This document shows, in pieces, positions 27,577 through 37,159 of a DNA stretch of 64,000 bases. Numbering within the stretch: position 1 is the stretch's first letter; every line of letters starts with the position of its first letter. Under the pieces are notes generated by a model. The model was not told the origin of the DNA, did no database searches, and saw only the letters and a list, made by a program, of their open reading frames with translations. Source of the DNA: Patescibacteria group bacterium (lineage in GTDB: Bacteria > Patescibacteriota > Minisyncoccia > UBA6257 > GWB1-50-10). The stretch covers positions 1 to 64,000 of the forward strand of contig JBBTQX010000002.1 in the NCBI GenBank assembly GCA_038065455.1. Direction: 5' to 3'. The position numbers and the translations under genes are program-made.

Positions 27577-28601
27577 AGATTGATTATCTTTGAGTTCGAA
27601 AAATTATCCAAAAGATTCCGATAAGCGCCGATGTTTTCGCTCATAAGCCCCGTGCCGCGCGAAACGCAGAGAATGGGTTCGTCCGCCAGATGCACTTCGA
27701 CGCCGATTTCTTTTTTTATGACTTGGTCTATGCCCCGAAGCAGGCTTCCGCCTCCGCAAAGATAAATGCCGTTCTTGAAAACGTCTCCAGTCAGTTCCGG
27801 CGGCGTCTCGTCAATCAGCTCCTTCAGCGACTCCACCATCATCTTTACCGGCTTCGCCAGCCAATAGCGCACTTGGGTGTCTTTAATAGCCGCTTCCCGT
27901 GGCAGGCCACTCGCCGCGTCCCGTCCGCGAATCATAATTTCCAAATGCTCGGTTTGGGGTATCGCCGCTCCAACCGCTATTTTTATTTCTTCGGCCGTCG
28001 GTTCGCCGATATGTAATTTCATTTCTTCCTTCACCCCTTTCAATATTTCTTGATTCAAATAATCTCCGGCCACTTTGAGCCTGCGCGAAATAACGATGCC
28101 GTTCATCGAGATGATGGCGATGCCCGTCGTACCCGCCCCAATGTCCACGATAAGATGGGCCGTCGGTTGATTAATATCCAATTGATTCCCCAGGGCCGCG
28201 GCGACCGGCTGTTCCACCAAGTGCACCCGACTTACCCCGACTTCCTTCAAGAGGTCTTCCACCGACTTTCTTTCCACCTCCGTCAGGTTGGTCGGCACGC
28301 TTACGATGGTCTCGGTGAACCAGGACCAGGGCAATTTCTTGTTTTTCAAAATGTGCTGAATCATTTCTTTGGCCATGTCGAAATCGCCGATGACGCCGTT
28401 CACCATCGGCCGCAAAGCCGTCACGTGGGTCGGCGTACGCGAGAGCATCCGCTTGGCTTCGGTGCCCACGGCCACCACCCGATTCGTGCGGTTGTTGAAT
28501 GCCACAATCGACGGTTCGCTCAGAATTATTCCCGTGCCTTTCAAATAGACGCGGGTCGCGTCCGTTCCCAAATCTATGCCGATGATTTTTTTGAAGATCA
28601 T
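27573..28601 (-). CDS. mreB: MreB (paralog 1)
   Basis: GIDLGT, EPSIVA, VDIGAGTT, LCGGGSLL. Confidence 0.95.
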   Translation of the reverse strand: MIFKKIIGIDLGTDATRVYLKGTGIILSEPSIVAFNNRTNRVVAVGTEAKRMLSRTPTHVTALRPMVNGVIGDFDMAKEMIQHILKNKKLPWSWFTETIVSVPTNLTEVERKSVEDLLKEVGVSRVHLVEQPVAAALGNQLDINQPTAHLIVDIGAGTTGIAIISMNGIVISRRLKVAGDYLNQEILKGVKEEMKLHIGEPTAEEIKIAVGAAIPQTEHLEIMIRGRDAASGLPREAAIKDTQVRYWLAKPVKMMVESLKELIDETPPELTGDVFKNGIYLCGGGSLLRGIDQVIKKEIGVEVHLADEPILCVSRGTGLMSENIGAYRNLLDNFSNSKIINL

Positions 28602-28604
28602 AAA

Positions 28605-29858
28605 TTAGCTTTTTATTTCTCTGATAAAATCTTGAACTTTTACCAATTTTGTTTCTTTACTGTTTCTTTTCTTTACTTCAATTTTATCCTGAACCATTGT
28701 CTTCTCGCTCACGACGACTCTCCACGGCAAGCCGATAAGGTCGGCATCGAAGAATTTTTCGCCGGCCGAAAGTCCGGCCCGATCGTCGAAAAGCGGCTCT
28801 ACACCCTCTTTCACGAGCTGATTATAAACTAGGGCGCCGAACTTTTGAAGCTCGGTGGTACTTTCGCCGATTTGGAGAAGATGGGCCGGAAACGGGGCGG
28901 CTTCTTCGGGCCATAATATCCCCTTTTCGTCGTGATGAACCTCGACAATCGCGCCCATCAACCTATCCACGCCGATGCCATAACAGCCCATCACGACGGG
29001 CAAAACTTCACCCTTCTTATTCTTGAAGGTCAGCCCGACGGGCTCCGAAAACTTGGTGCCCAGTTTGAAAATATTCCCCACCTCGATGCCTTTCACTTTT
29101 TCGAGCACGCCCGCTCCGCATTTTGGACAGCTTTCTTCCGCTTTCAACTCCGCGATTTCCTTGTTACGCGCGAAACCGCAAAGCCGGCAAAGCAGTATCT
29201 CATCCTCGCCCGCCTCGCTTTCCACCATGAATTCATGGGAAATATTCTTCGTAAAATCTCCGCCGGAAGCCTCCGTCACGTATGCCTTCAATCCGAGCCG
29301 GCTGAAAACCTTCAAGTAGGCTTTTCTGGCCTCATCGTAATATTCTTCGAGCGAAGTTTCGTTCTCGTGGAAGCTATAAAGGTCTTTCATTATGAATTGC
29401 CGCCCGCGGATGAGGCCGGATTTGGCGCGAGGCTCGTCGCGGAATTTCATCTGGATTTGGTAGACGGAAAGAGGCAAATCGGCGTAGGAACTAATGATGG
29501 GCTTCGCGAGCGGAGTCACGATTTCCTCATGCGTGGGACCGAGGCCGAATTCGTGGCCGGCGCGGTCTTTGAACTGGTACATTACCTTGGACATTCCCTC
29601 CCACCGGCCCGTCACGTCCCACGCCGATCGCGGATGGAGCGCGGGCATCAGTATCTCGCTCGCCCCGAGCGCGTTCATTTCTTCGCGGATGACATTCTGG
29701 ATTTTTTCGATTACCCGCCAGCCGAGCGGAAGAAATGAATAGGCGCCGGCCATCAATTTTTGGACAAAATTCGCCCGAATCAGGAATTGGGCGTTCGCGG
29801 ACGTTTCATCCTTGGGAAAATCTTTTTGGGTCTTGAAAAATAGATGCGATTGTCTCAC
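28605..29858 (-). CDS. proS: Proline--tRNA ligase (short, no INS editing domain)
   Basis: LGPTHEE, KFRDEPR, MKDLYSF, EVGNIFKLG, MGCYGIG. Confidence 0.96.
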   Translation of the reverse strand: MRQSHLFFKTQKDFPKDETSANAQFLIRANFVQKLMAGAYSFLPLGWRVIEKIQNVIREEMNALGASEILMPALHPRSAWDVTGRWEGMSKVMYQFKDRAGHEFGLGPTHEEIVTPLAKPIISSYADLPLSVYQIQMKFRDEPRAKSGLIRGRQFIMKDLYSFHENETSLEEYYDEARKAYLKVFSRLGLKAYVTEASGGDFTKNISHEFMVESEAGEDEILLCRLCGFARNKEIAELKAEESCPKCGAGVLEKVKGIEVGNIFKLGTKFSEPVGLTFKNKKGEVLPVVMGCYGIGVDRLMGAIVEVHHDEKGILWPEEAAPFPAHLLQIGESTTELQKFGALVYNQLVKEGVEPLFDDRAGLSAGEKFFDADLIGLPWRVVVSEKTMVQDKIEVKKRNSKETKLVKVQDFIREIKS

Positions 29859-29884
29859 ACAAAAATCTTACCAAGGAAAATGAA

Positions 29885-30853
29885 CTACTTCAACAGCGAG
29901 CCTTCAATGACGATTTCCAAAAGCTTCGGGAAGGAGATATTCAAAACTTTGGCGGCCTTTGGAAGCAGGCTGTTTTCGGTCATTCCCGGAATAGTATTGG
30001 TCTCGAGCATATAAAGCTTTCCTTTCGGGTCCAGGATAAAATCGCTTCGGGAAAAGCTCCGACAGCCCAATATCTTGTGGGCGAGAAGCGCCGTCCGCTT
30101 CACCATCTGCGTATGCGAATCCGGCAGATTAGCCGGTGTCATTTCCAAAGTCGCCGGATCGTATTTCGTCTTGTAATCGAAAAATTGGGCGCCGGCCGAC
30201 ACGATTTCGGTCGGCGGCAGGGCAAAAGCGGAACGGGGCATACCCGAATCCACGACGCCGCAAGTCAGCTCCCGGCCGGGAATGAATTCCTGAATAATGA
30301 TTTCTTTGGATTCCTTGAAAGAAAGCTCCAGCGCTTGTTTCAAATCCTTCGCGTCTTTCTCGATTCTCACGCCCAGGCTAGAACCGCTCGCATTGGGCTT
30401 TATCACCCAAGGCTTTCCAAAAAGCGAAATGATTTTTTTCGCGACGCCATCCCGATCCTTGAACCATTCGTGTTTCGATAAGTGGATGGTAGGCGGAACC
30501 GAAATTCCGGCGTCCCGGAAAAGGCGGAGCGAGAGCCATTTATTCATCCCGAGCGCGCTTGCCATCGCGTCCGAACCCGTATAGGGCATTCCCACGGAGT
30601 CCAGAATGGTCTGCACCGTGCCGTCCTCGCCGTAAGGGCCGTGCATCGCGATAAAAGCCAAATCGAAAAGCTTATTCAGTTCTTCGGGTTCCACGGGCCA
30701 CTCCCCGCTCCGGCTTATCGTGAATTCTTTGGCTTCATATTTTTCCGGGTCGAGATTCAAAACAATATTCTTGCCGGTCGCGAGAGACACATCGTGTTCC
30801 GGCGAAGGCCCTCCGGTTAATACGGCAATTTTCTTTTTATTGTGTTTAGTCAT
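29885..30853 (-). CDS. ddl: D-alanine--D-alanine ligase
   Basis: GGPSPEHDVS, HGPYGEDG, GSSLG, ETNTIPGMT. Confidence 0.96.
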   Translation of the reverse strand: MTKHNKKKIAVLTGGPSPEHDVSLATGKNIVLNLDPEKYEAKEFTISRSGEWPVEPEELNKLFDLAFIAMHGPYGEDGTVQTILDSVGMPYTGSDAMASALGMNKWLSLRLFRDAGISVPPTIHLSKHEWFKDRDGVAKKIISLFGKPWVIKPNASGSSLGVRIEKDAKDLKQALELSFKESKEIIIQEFIPGRELTCGVVDSGMPRSAFALPPTEIVSAGAQFFDYKTKYDPATLEMTPANLPDSHTQMVKRTALLAHKILGCRSFSRSDFILDPKGKLYMLETNTIPGMTENSLLPKAAKVLNISFPKLLEIVIEGSLLK

Positions 30854-30863
30854 GCCAGATAAT

Positions 30864-31889
30864 TTAAAAAAACCTTACAACATCCTTTACGGTAATAAAA
30901 ACCATAAGAAGGATCAATGCCGCGAAACCGGCGCCGTTCACCCATATCTGAAACTGCTTGGAGATGGGCCGGCGGATAATCTTCTCGATTATGAGAAAGA
31001 GGAAGCGCCCGCCGTCCAAAGCCGGAAAAGGCAGAAGATTCAAAACGGCCAGATTAACCGAGATGAGCGCCAAAAGCTGGATAAGATAAATGAAACCCAA
31101 AGAGGTGGCTTGGGCCGCGATAAAGACGATTCCCACTGGCCCCGCGACATTCTCTATGGCCCGGGGCGCGGTGAAGAGCTGACCGAAAAACATAACCAGT
31201 CCCTCAATGACCATTTTGGATGTCTCCCAAACTCCGGTAAAGCCCGAAACAAAAGCGCTTGAAATCGGCTGGGCGACAAAACCCGTCTCCGTGATATTCA
31301 CGCCGAGCGGACCCTGGCCTTCCGGCGGATTCAGCCGAGGCGCGATCTCGATATTCATTTTTTTGCTTCCCCGCTCGATTCCGAGAATAATATTGGGAGC
31401 GCCTTTTACGGCTCCGGTAAAGTCCTGAGAAGATATCGGGTCGGCGAAATTCATATCCCCCGCTTTCAAATTCGATACGACATCGCCTGCCAAAAGCCTC
31501 GCGGCCGAGGCCGGCGAACCCGGCGCCACTTCCAATATCATCAGATGTTGCGGCGCTCCAACCGCGAAAACAACGCTCAAGAGAAGCCAGCCAAGCAGAA
31601 GATTCATAAAAATCCCCGCTAGGATTACCGGGATCTTTTTTCGGGCCGGTTCGTCATTAAAACCACCCTTCTCCGAACCATCCTCATTTTGAAGCCGCAC
31701 GAAACCGCCGAAAGGCAGGAGATTCACGCTATAATCGGTTTCCCCAAATCTTTTTTTGAACAATCTCGGCGGAAAACCGATGCCGAATTCCTCCACCTTC
31801 ATTCCCAGAAGCTTCGCGGTGATGAAATGGCCGAACTCGTGGATGAGAATAAGCGCCGCCAGGCCCAATATCACGACAACAAAGGTCAT
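30864..31889 (-). CDS. rseP: RseP-like site-2 metalloprotease with PDZ domain
   Basis: HEFGH, NLLPFPALDGG. Confidence 0.93.
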   Translation of the reverse strand: MTFVVVILGLAALILIHEFGHFITAKLLGMKVEEFGIGFPPRLFKKRFGETDYSVNLLPFGGFVRLQNEDGSEKGGFNDEPARKKIPVILAGIFMNLLLGWLLLSVVFAVGAPQHLMILEVAPGSPASAARLLAGDVVSNLKAGDMNFADPISSQDFTGAVKGAPNIILGIERGSKKMNIEIAPRLNPPEGQGPLGVNITETGFVAQPISSAFVSGFTGVWETSKMVIEGLVMFFGQLFTAPRAIENVAGPVGIVFIAAQATSLGFIYLIQLLALISVNLAVLNLLPFPALDGGRFLFLIIEKIIRRPISKQFQIWVNGAGFAALILLMVFITVKDVVRFF

Positions 31890-32437
31890 TCGTTTATTTC
31901 TCTGATTTTATTTTCCAGGACTTTTTCCATATTTCCGTTCAACTCGTCCACTTCCTTCTGGATTTGTTCTTTCGTTTTAAACTTCCCATCCTCATCCAAT
32001 TCCTTTCCGTCAAAAGCAGTTTGAACTTTTCTGTTGGTTTCATCTCGCAAATGGCGCATTTGGATTTTATGTTCTTCCATCACTTTCTTGATGTGCTTTA
32101 CGAGTTCATCTCGCCGTTCCTGACTCAATTCAGGCAAAAATATCCGGATAATCTGGCCGTCGATATTAGCCGAGAGATTCAAAGTGGAAAGCTCGATTGC
32201 CTTGGCGACCGAAGGCACGGCGGCCTTGTCCCAAACCTGGATGACGATTTCCCGCGGCGGCTGAACGCTGATTGTTCCCAATTGCTTTATGGACGTCATT
32301 TGGTCGTAATAATTGGTCTTCAAATCTTCGACAATCGCCGCGTTCGGCCGCGTCGTGCGGACGGCGGCTAGAGCTTTTTTCAAGCTATCCAGAATCATTT
32401 GTCCCTTCGCCTCCAATTCGTTTAAAATTATTTCCAT
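31886..32437 (-). CDS. frr: Ribosome recycling factor
   Basis: VRTTR, IQVWDK, PELSQERRDELVK. Confidence 0.93.
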   Translation of the reverse strand: MEIILNELEAKGQMILDSLKKALAAVRTTRPNAAIVEDLKTNYYDQMTSIKQLGTISVQPPREIVIQVWDKAAVPSVAKAIELSTLNLSANIDGQIIRIFLPELSQERRDELVKHIKKVMEEHKIQMRHLRDETNRKVQTAFDGKELDEDGKFKTKEQIQKEVDELNGNMEKVLENKIREINE

Positions 32438-32438
32438 T

Positions 32439-33203
32439 TTATTTGTTTATTCTTTCTTCAATAGCCTTTTTCTGGAGATTCATATTCAAATTATACCTTT
32501 TTACCGACATTTCTCTATCCAGAAGCCAAACCAGTATTTCCGCGTTCTTCTTCAGATTCGCCCGGCGCAATTCCAATATCCTGTTTTCTAGTATTTTTTC
32601 GAGATTTTCTTCTTCCTTATCCGGCAAATCATCCAGAATTTCGAAAGCCAAACCCGGCCGGCCGAAAGACTGCCGGGTGATTTGTTCGGCTTTCTCTCCC
32701 CCGACTCCCCGCTCGTCTTTCAATATCCGGACGATTTCCGATTTCGGGAAGCGCGGAAAATAAATCTTAGTCAGGCGTGAAAGAAGCGGCGGCAAAAGAA
32801 CATTCTCGTCGTGGGAAACGAATACAAGCAGTCCGTGGGTCGGCGGCTCTTCCACAACCTTCAAAAGCGCTCCCTGGGCCTCCGGCGTCAAATCCTCGGC
32901 ATTATCTATGATCGCGAGCCGATAGTGCGATTTAAGAGGTTTCTGCCAAAGAAATCTTTTTGCCTCCAGAACCTTATCTATTCCCAAACTGTTTTTTTCC
33001 TCGTCCTTCACGACGAAGAGCGCGTCCAAAAGCGTCTCGGGCGTTATTTCGAATTTGCCCGTCTCGAGCGCATAAGCCAGAAGCTTCGCGAAAGAATATT
33101 TGCCGATTCCCCGGTCGCCGTAGAAAAGATACGGTTGGCCGAGCTTATCTTCCTTTATGAGTTTTTCGAAAGACTTTATTTTTTCGTCGTATCCGAAAAG
33201 CAT
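32439..33203 (-). CDS. holB: DNA polymerase III delta' subunit-like
   Basis: YLFYGDRGIGK, IIDNAEDLTPEAQGALLKVVEEP, LSR. Confidence 0.85.
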   Translation of the reverse strand: MLFGYDEKIKSFEKLIKEDKLGQPYLFYGDRGIGKYSFAKLLAYALETGKFEITPETLLDALFVVKDEEKNSLGIDKVLEAKRFLWQKPLKSHYRLAIIDNAEDLTPEAQGALLKVVEEPPTHGLLVFVSHDENVLLPPLLSRLTKIYFPRFPKSEIVRILKDERGVGGEKAEQITRQSFGRPGLAFEILDDLPDKEEENLEKILENRILELRRANLKKNAEILVWLLDREMSVKRYNLNMNLQKKAIEERINK

Positions 33204-33207
33204 ACGG

Positions 33208-34215
33208 TTAACGTTTATTCAAAAGAGTTCTCTTATAAACGTCCAAGTGATTCAAAATTATGGCCGTCCCCTTCGCCACGCAAAGAATCGGGTCTTCGGC
33301 CGTGTAGGCCGACACGCCGAGCGAGCGCTTGATGAATTCTTCAAGGTCGCGTACCTGCGAACTCCCGCCCGAAAGAATGATGCCTTTTTCCATTATATCG
33401 GCGGCGAGCTCCGGCGGCGTCACATTGAAAACAGACTGCACCGCGCCCATTATTTCCACCAAATGCGGATTGATAGCTTCGGCGATTTCGTTGGAATTGA
33501 TAATGAGGTCTTTAGGCAAACCGGAGGCCAAGTCGCGCCCGCGGATTTTCATTTCTGTTTTTGTTCGATTTGGCAGCGCCGTGCCTATCGTTATTTTTAT
33601 CGTCTCCGCCGTCGTTTCGCCGATCGCGAGACCATATTTTTTCTTGATGTATTCGGAGATAGATTGGTCGAAGCGATTGCCGGCGACGCGCAAACTTGCC
33701 CAAGTCACGATGCCGCCAAGGGAAATTACGGCCACCTCGGTCGTTCCTCCGCCGATATTCACCACCATATTACCTTCGGCCGAATGGATGGGAATGCCAG
33801 CACCCAAGGCCGCCAAAATCGGCTCTTTGACCAGATAAACCTCCTTCGCGCCTGATTCCTTAGCCGCGTTCATCACGGCCCGGTATTCGGTGGAGGTAAT
33901 GCCGGCCGGCACCGAAATGACCACCTCCGGCCGAAAAATGTTGAAAGCGCCTATGCTTTTCGATATAAAATAGCGAAGCATCGCTTGGGTGATATAATAA
34001 TCGGCGATGACGCCGTCCTTCAAAGGCTTATAGGTGACGATATTATCGGGCGTGCGCCCCACCATTTCTTTCGCCTCCGCCCCCACGGCCAAGACTCCGT
34101 TGTCGGGCTTCCGCAAAGCGACGACCGTCGGTTCGTTGATGACGATGCCCCGGTTCGGCAAAAAGACCAAAGTATTGGTCGTCCCCAAATCGATTCCTAT
34201 TTTTCGGATAAACAT
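33208..34215 (-). CDS. mreB: MreB/Mbl (paralog 2)
   Basis: GIDLGTTN, PLKDGVIAD, IGGGTTEVAVISLGG, TPPELAAD. Confidence 0.95.
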   Translation of the reverse strand: MFIRKIGIDLGTTNTLVFLPNRGIVINEPTVVALRKPDNGVLAVGAEAKEMVGRTPDNIVTYKPLKDGVIADYYITQAMLRYFISKSIGAFNIFRPEVVISVPAGITSTEYRAVMNAAKESGAKEVYLVKEPILAALGAGIPIHSAEGNMVVNIGGGTTEVAVISLGGIVTWASLRVAGNRFDQSISEYIKKKYGLAIGETTAETIKITIGTALPNRTKTEMKIRGRDLASGLPKDLIINSNEIAEAINPHLVEIMGAVQSVFNVTPPELAADIMEKGIILSGGSSQVRDLEEFIKRSLGVSAYTAEDPILCVAKGTAIILNHLDVYKRTLLNKR

Positions 34216-34225
34216 GATTAAAAAA

Positions 34226-35527
34226 TTAATTTGAAACTCTTTTGATGTCGGCTCCGAGGAAGCTCAAGCGCTCCACGATCTTTTCGTACCCCCGGTCTAT
34301 TTCATGCACGCCCAATATTTCCGATTCCCCTTCCGCAATCAAAGCCGCGAGCACATGGGCGATGCCCGCCCGCAAGTCCGGCACCGTGAGCGTCGCGCTA
34401 TGAAGTTTCGTCGGCCCCTTCACGATTGCGCTATGCGGACAATTCTTTTCTTTGAAACGGCAAGGAACTTCGCTCAAACATTCATTTACCACTCTAATGT
34501 CCGCGCCCATTAAATTCAAGTCTTCAATATAGCCGAAGCGAGCTTCATAGACGGTTTCGTGGATGATTGATTCGCCCTGCGCCTGCGTGAGCATAGTCAG
34601 AAACGGCTGTTGCCAGTCCGTCATAAAACCCGGATGGGTGTCGGTTTCCAACTTGATGCCGGTCAATGGCCGCGCCCGGAAGAAAAGAATGCCCTCACTC
34701 GTCACTTCATACTCTCCGCCGATTCGCCTTAAATTATTCAAAAATGTGATGAGGTCGCCCTGGTCGGCTCCCTTCACCAATATCTTCCCGTTCGTCGCGA
34801 CCGCAAGGCACGCGAAAGAAACGGCCTCATTCCTGTCCGGCAATACCTTATGCCGCGCGCCATACAGTTTTGGAACGCCGTAAATCGTGACGGTGCGGTT
34901 TGTGCCAATCTCGATGATTGCCCCCATTTTCTGGAGCATCTTTATCAAGTCCGTGATTTCCGGCTCGACGGCAGAATTGATAATGGTTGTCTTCCCCTCG
35001 GCCAAAACCGAAGCGAATATTATCTGCTCCGTCGCACCGACGCTGGGATATTTTAAGGCAATAGTCGCTCCCTTGAGCCTTCCCGTGATTCTCGCCTTAT
35101 ATGAATCGGGGCTAGCTTCTATCTCTGCTCCAAGCGCCTTCAGGGATTCCAAATGCATATCCACGGGCCGCGGGCCGATCTTATCTCCGCCCACGATCGG
35201 CACCTCCGCCTCCCCCGCCCGATTCAGAAGCGGCCCCAAAGCCAGAATCGATACTCGATTTTTTTGATTCAGGGAAATCGCCTTGGTGTTTTTTATCTCC
35301 GGCGTCCTTATGACCAGATTGGAATCGATGGATTTTATTTCGCTTCCCAGCGCCACGCAAAGCTCTTTTACGATTTCCGCATCCCCGATTCGGGGGAAAT
35401 TCTCGAACACGCACTCCTCATCGGTTAAAAGCGAGACGATGAGCATTTTCGTCGCCGCGTTCTTCGCCCCGGCCAGTTTTATTTCGCCCGTGAGCGGCCG
35501 CCCACCCCGGATTATGAATTTATCCAC
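34226..35527 (-). CDS. murA: UDP-N-acetylglucosamine 1-carboxyvinyltransferase
   Basis: GAKNAA, GGDKIGPRPVD (Asp at the catalytic Cys position, the fosfomycin-insensitive type), SVGATE, PGFMTD, DLRAG, IDRGYE. Confidence 0.96.
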   Translation of the reverse strand: MDKFIIRGGRPLTGEIKLAGAKNAATKMLIVSLLTDEECVFENFPRIGDAEIVKELCVALGSEIKSIDSNLVIRTPEIKNTKAISLNQKNRVSILALGPLLNRAGEAEVPIVGGDKIGPRPVDMHLESLKALGAEIEASPDSYKARITGRLKGATIALKYPSVGATEQIIFASVLAEGKTTIINSAVEPEITDLIKMLQKMGAIIEIGTNRTVTIYGVPKLYGARHKVLPDRNEAVSFACLAVATNGKILVKGADQGDLITFLNNLRRIGGEYEVTSEGILFFRARPLTGIKLETDTHPGFMTDWQQPFLTMLTQAQGESIIHETVYEARFGYIEDLNLMGADIRVVNECLSEVPCRFKEKNCPHSAIVKGPTKLHSATLTVPDLRAGIAHVLAALIAEGESEILGVHEIDRGYEKIVERLSFLGADIKRVSN

Positions 35528-35535
35528 GCATCCAT

Positions 35536-35609
35536 TATACCCGGTATTACAATGTTTAGAAAAGTTGCTGGTTCATTTTTTTTTGATTAGGTTTGTAATA
35601 CCGGGTATA
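35536..35609. repeat. 17-bp perfect inverted repeat spanning two divergent promoters
   Basis: TATACCCGGTATTACAA (35536-35552) / TTGTAATACCGGGTATA (35593-35609). Confidence 0.8.
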
Positions 35610-35620
35610 TTATTAAAGGT

Positions 35621-35908
35621 ATGTATCCCGTTAGAGACATTTCTATGTATTACAATTACGTTTTAAGAAGCAAAAAAGATGGGAAATGGTATACTGGCTA
35701 CACGAATGATCTACGGAAGCGCTTTAGCCAGCACAATAGCGATAAATTCCCTCAATGGACCAAAAATCGGGGTCCTTTTGAAATCATATACTATGAAGCC
35801 TGCAAAGATCTGCAAGATGCAAGGTCGAGGGAATATTATCTAAAAACAGGAATGGGTAAACGTTATATCAAAAATAGGCTAAAGCGCTTCCTGTCTCTAA
35901 CGGGATGA
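35621..35908 (+). CDS. Small GIY-YIG nuclease family protein encoded inside a family A element
   Basis: YYNYVLRS...WYTGYTNDLRKRFSQHN...YYEA...ARSREYYLK; its first and last codons are formed by the terminal repeats. Confidence 0.92.
   Translation: MYPVRDISMYYNYVLRSKKDGKWYTGYTNDLRKRFSQHNSDKFPQWTKNRGPFEIIYYEACKDLQDARSREYYLKTGMGKRYIKNRLKRFLSLTG
35625..35906 (+). mobile_element. Family A element, nuclease-encoding copy
   Basis: 15-bp perfect TIR ATCCCGTTAGAGACA / TGTCTCTAACGGGAT; same termini at three other loci. Confidence 0.85.
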
Positions 35909-37149
35909 ACCTCAAAACCCGGCGAACTCTCTTTTACTTCTTCATTCTCATATTCGTCCTTGCGGGCGCTTATCTCCTCGCAACCGCCCAGGGGCTGGTC
36001 CTGGATTTCAAAAATCTGAAGATTACCGGCACTGGCGGGCTCTTTTTGAAGTACGTTCCGCCCGACGCGACTGTGGAATTGAACGGCAAAAAAACCGATG
36101 TTTCGCCCGGCCTCGTTTCGAGCGGAATTTTCATCTCTAAATTAATTCCCGACGAATACCGGGTAAAGATTTCAAAACCGGGCTTCTCTGCCTGGGAAAA
36201 GACACTCGCGGTTAAGAACGGCGCGGTGGCTTCGGCGAGCCAAATCAGGCTCTGGCCCGAAGTCTGGGATTTGAATGTCATTACGACGAGCTCCGTCCGG
36301 GATTTCCGGCTCACGGGTGCGGGTCTAGTACTCCAAGGAAAAAACGGAACTCTTCGGCTGGACGGATTTTCTTTGGGAAACAGGAGTGTCGCTTTGAGCG
36401 GGCCGGACTCGTCCCTCATCGTTACGACCGATGAAAAAGAAAATTTTGTAACCAATCTCGAAGATTTGTCACCCGCGCTCGATATCGTCCGGCTCTTTAA
36501 TTCGCTGAAACAAAGCCAGTTGAATCTTCCCGGCACGATCATTCCTAAAAATTACTTCCTTCATCCCTTTAACGCCAAAATTCTCATCACGACCGGAAAC
36601 GCGCTTTACTCGCTCGATATCAAAAGATTGAGACTTGAAAAACTGACCGATATGGCAGGAATTAAGAAGGCGGAATTAAGGGGAAACGAAATGTTTCTTT
36701 TCGATATGAAAGACAATATAACGACATTCAATCTTTTTCTCCAAACTGCCAGAATTTATGAATCGACCTCCACCGAAGCCATCGGAATAGGAGCGAGCCT
36801 GGCCGGCTTGCCGGCCCCCGACGGGAAAAAGATTTTTTTGCTTTCAAAAAACGACACGCTTTCTTTGAAAGTTTTGGAAAATTATTATGCCGACGGCGAA
36901 GTGAGAAAGGGCGATATGTGGCCCGTTTTTTCCGACCGGGGCAAAATAACGGATTTCAAATGGTTGAATGGCAATTCTAATTATGCGCTGGTACTTGCCG
37001 AAAAAAACTTGTTCATCGTTGAAACCGACCGGCGCACCCCGCAGAATATCCGACTCATATCCCAAGGAGTGGAAAAATTCGCGACGGAGGGAAACGATCT
37101 CTATATCCTCAAAACCGACGGCACGCTTCTGAGGGCGAGTTTGAAGTAG
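35905..37149 (+). CDS. PEGA-domain membrane-anchored protein
   Basis: N-terminal TM; TGGLFLKYVPPDATVELNG...LIPDEYRVKISKPGFSAWEK. Confidence 0.8.
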   Translation: MNLKTRRTLFYFFILIFVLAGAYLLATAQGLVLDFKNLKITGTGGLFLKYVPPDATVELNGKKTDVSPGLVSSGIFISKLIPDEYRVKISKPGFSAWEKTLAVKNGAVASASQIRLWPEVWDLNVITTSSVRDFRLTGAGLVLQGKNGTLRLDGFSLGNRSVALSGPDSSLIVTTDEKENFVTNLEDLSPALDIVRLFNSLKQSQLNLPGTIIPKNYFLHPFNAKILITTGNALYSLDIKRLRLEKLTDMAGIKKAELRGNEMFLFDMKDNITTFNLFLQTARIYESTSTEAIGIGASLAGLPAPDGKKIFLLSKNDTLSLKVLENYYADGEVRKGDMWPVFSDRGKITDFKWLNGNSNYALVLAEKNLFIVETDRRTPQNIRLISQGVEKFATEGNDLYILKTDGTLLRASLK

Positions 37150-37159
37150 AAGACGAATT

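Noticed and set aside
27573-34215. Two mreB paralogs
   Set aside because: Multiple MreB/Mbl copies are common; not notable
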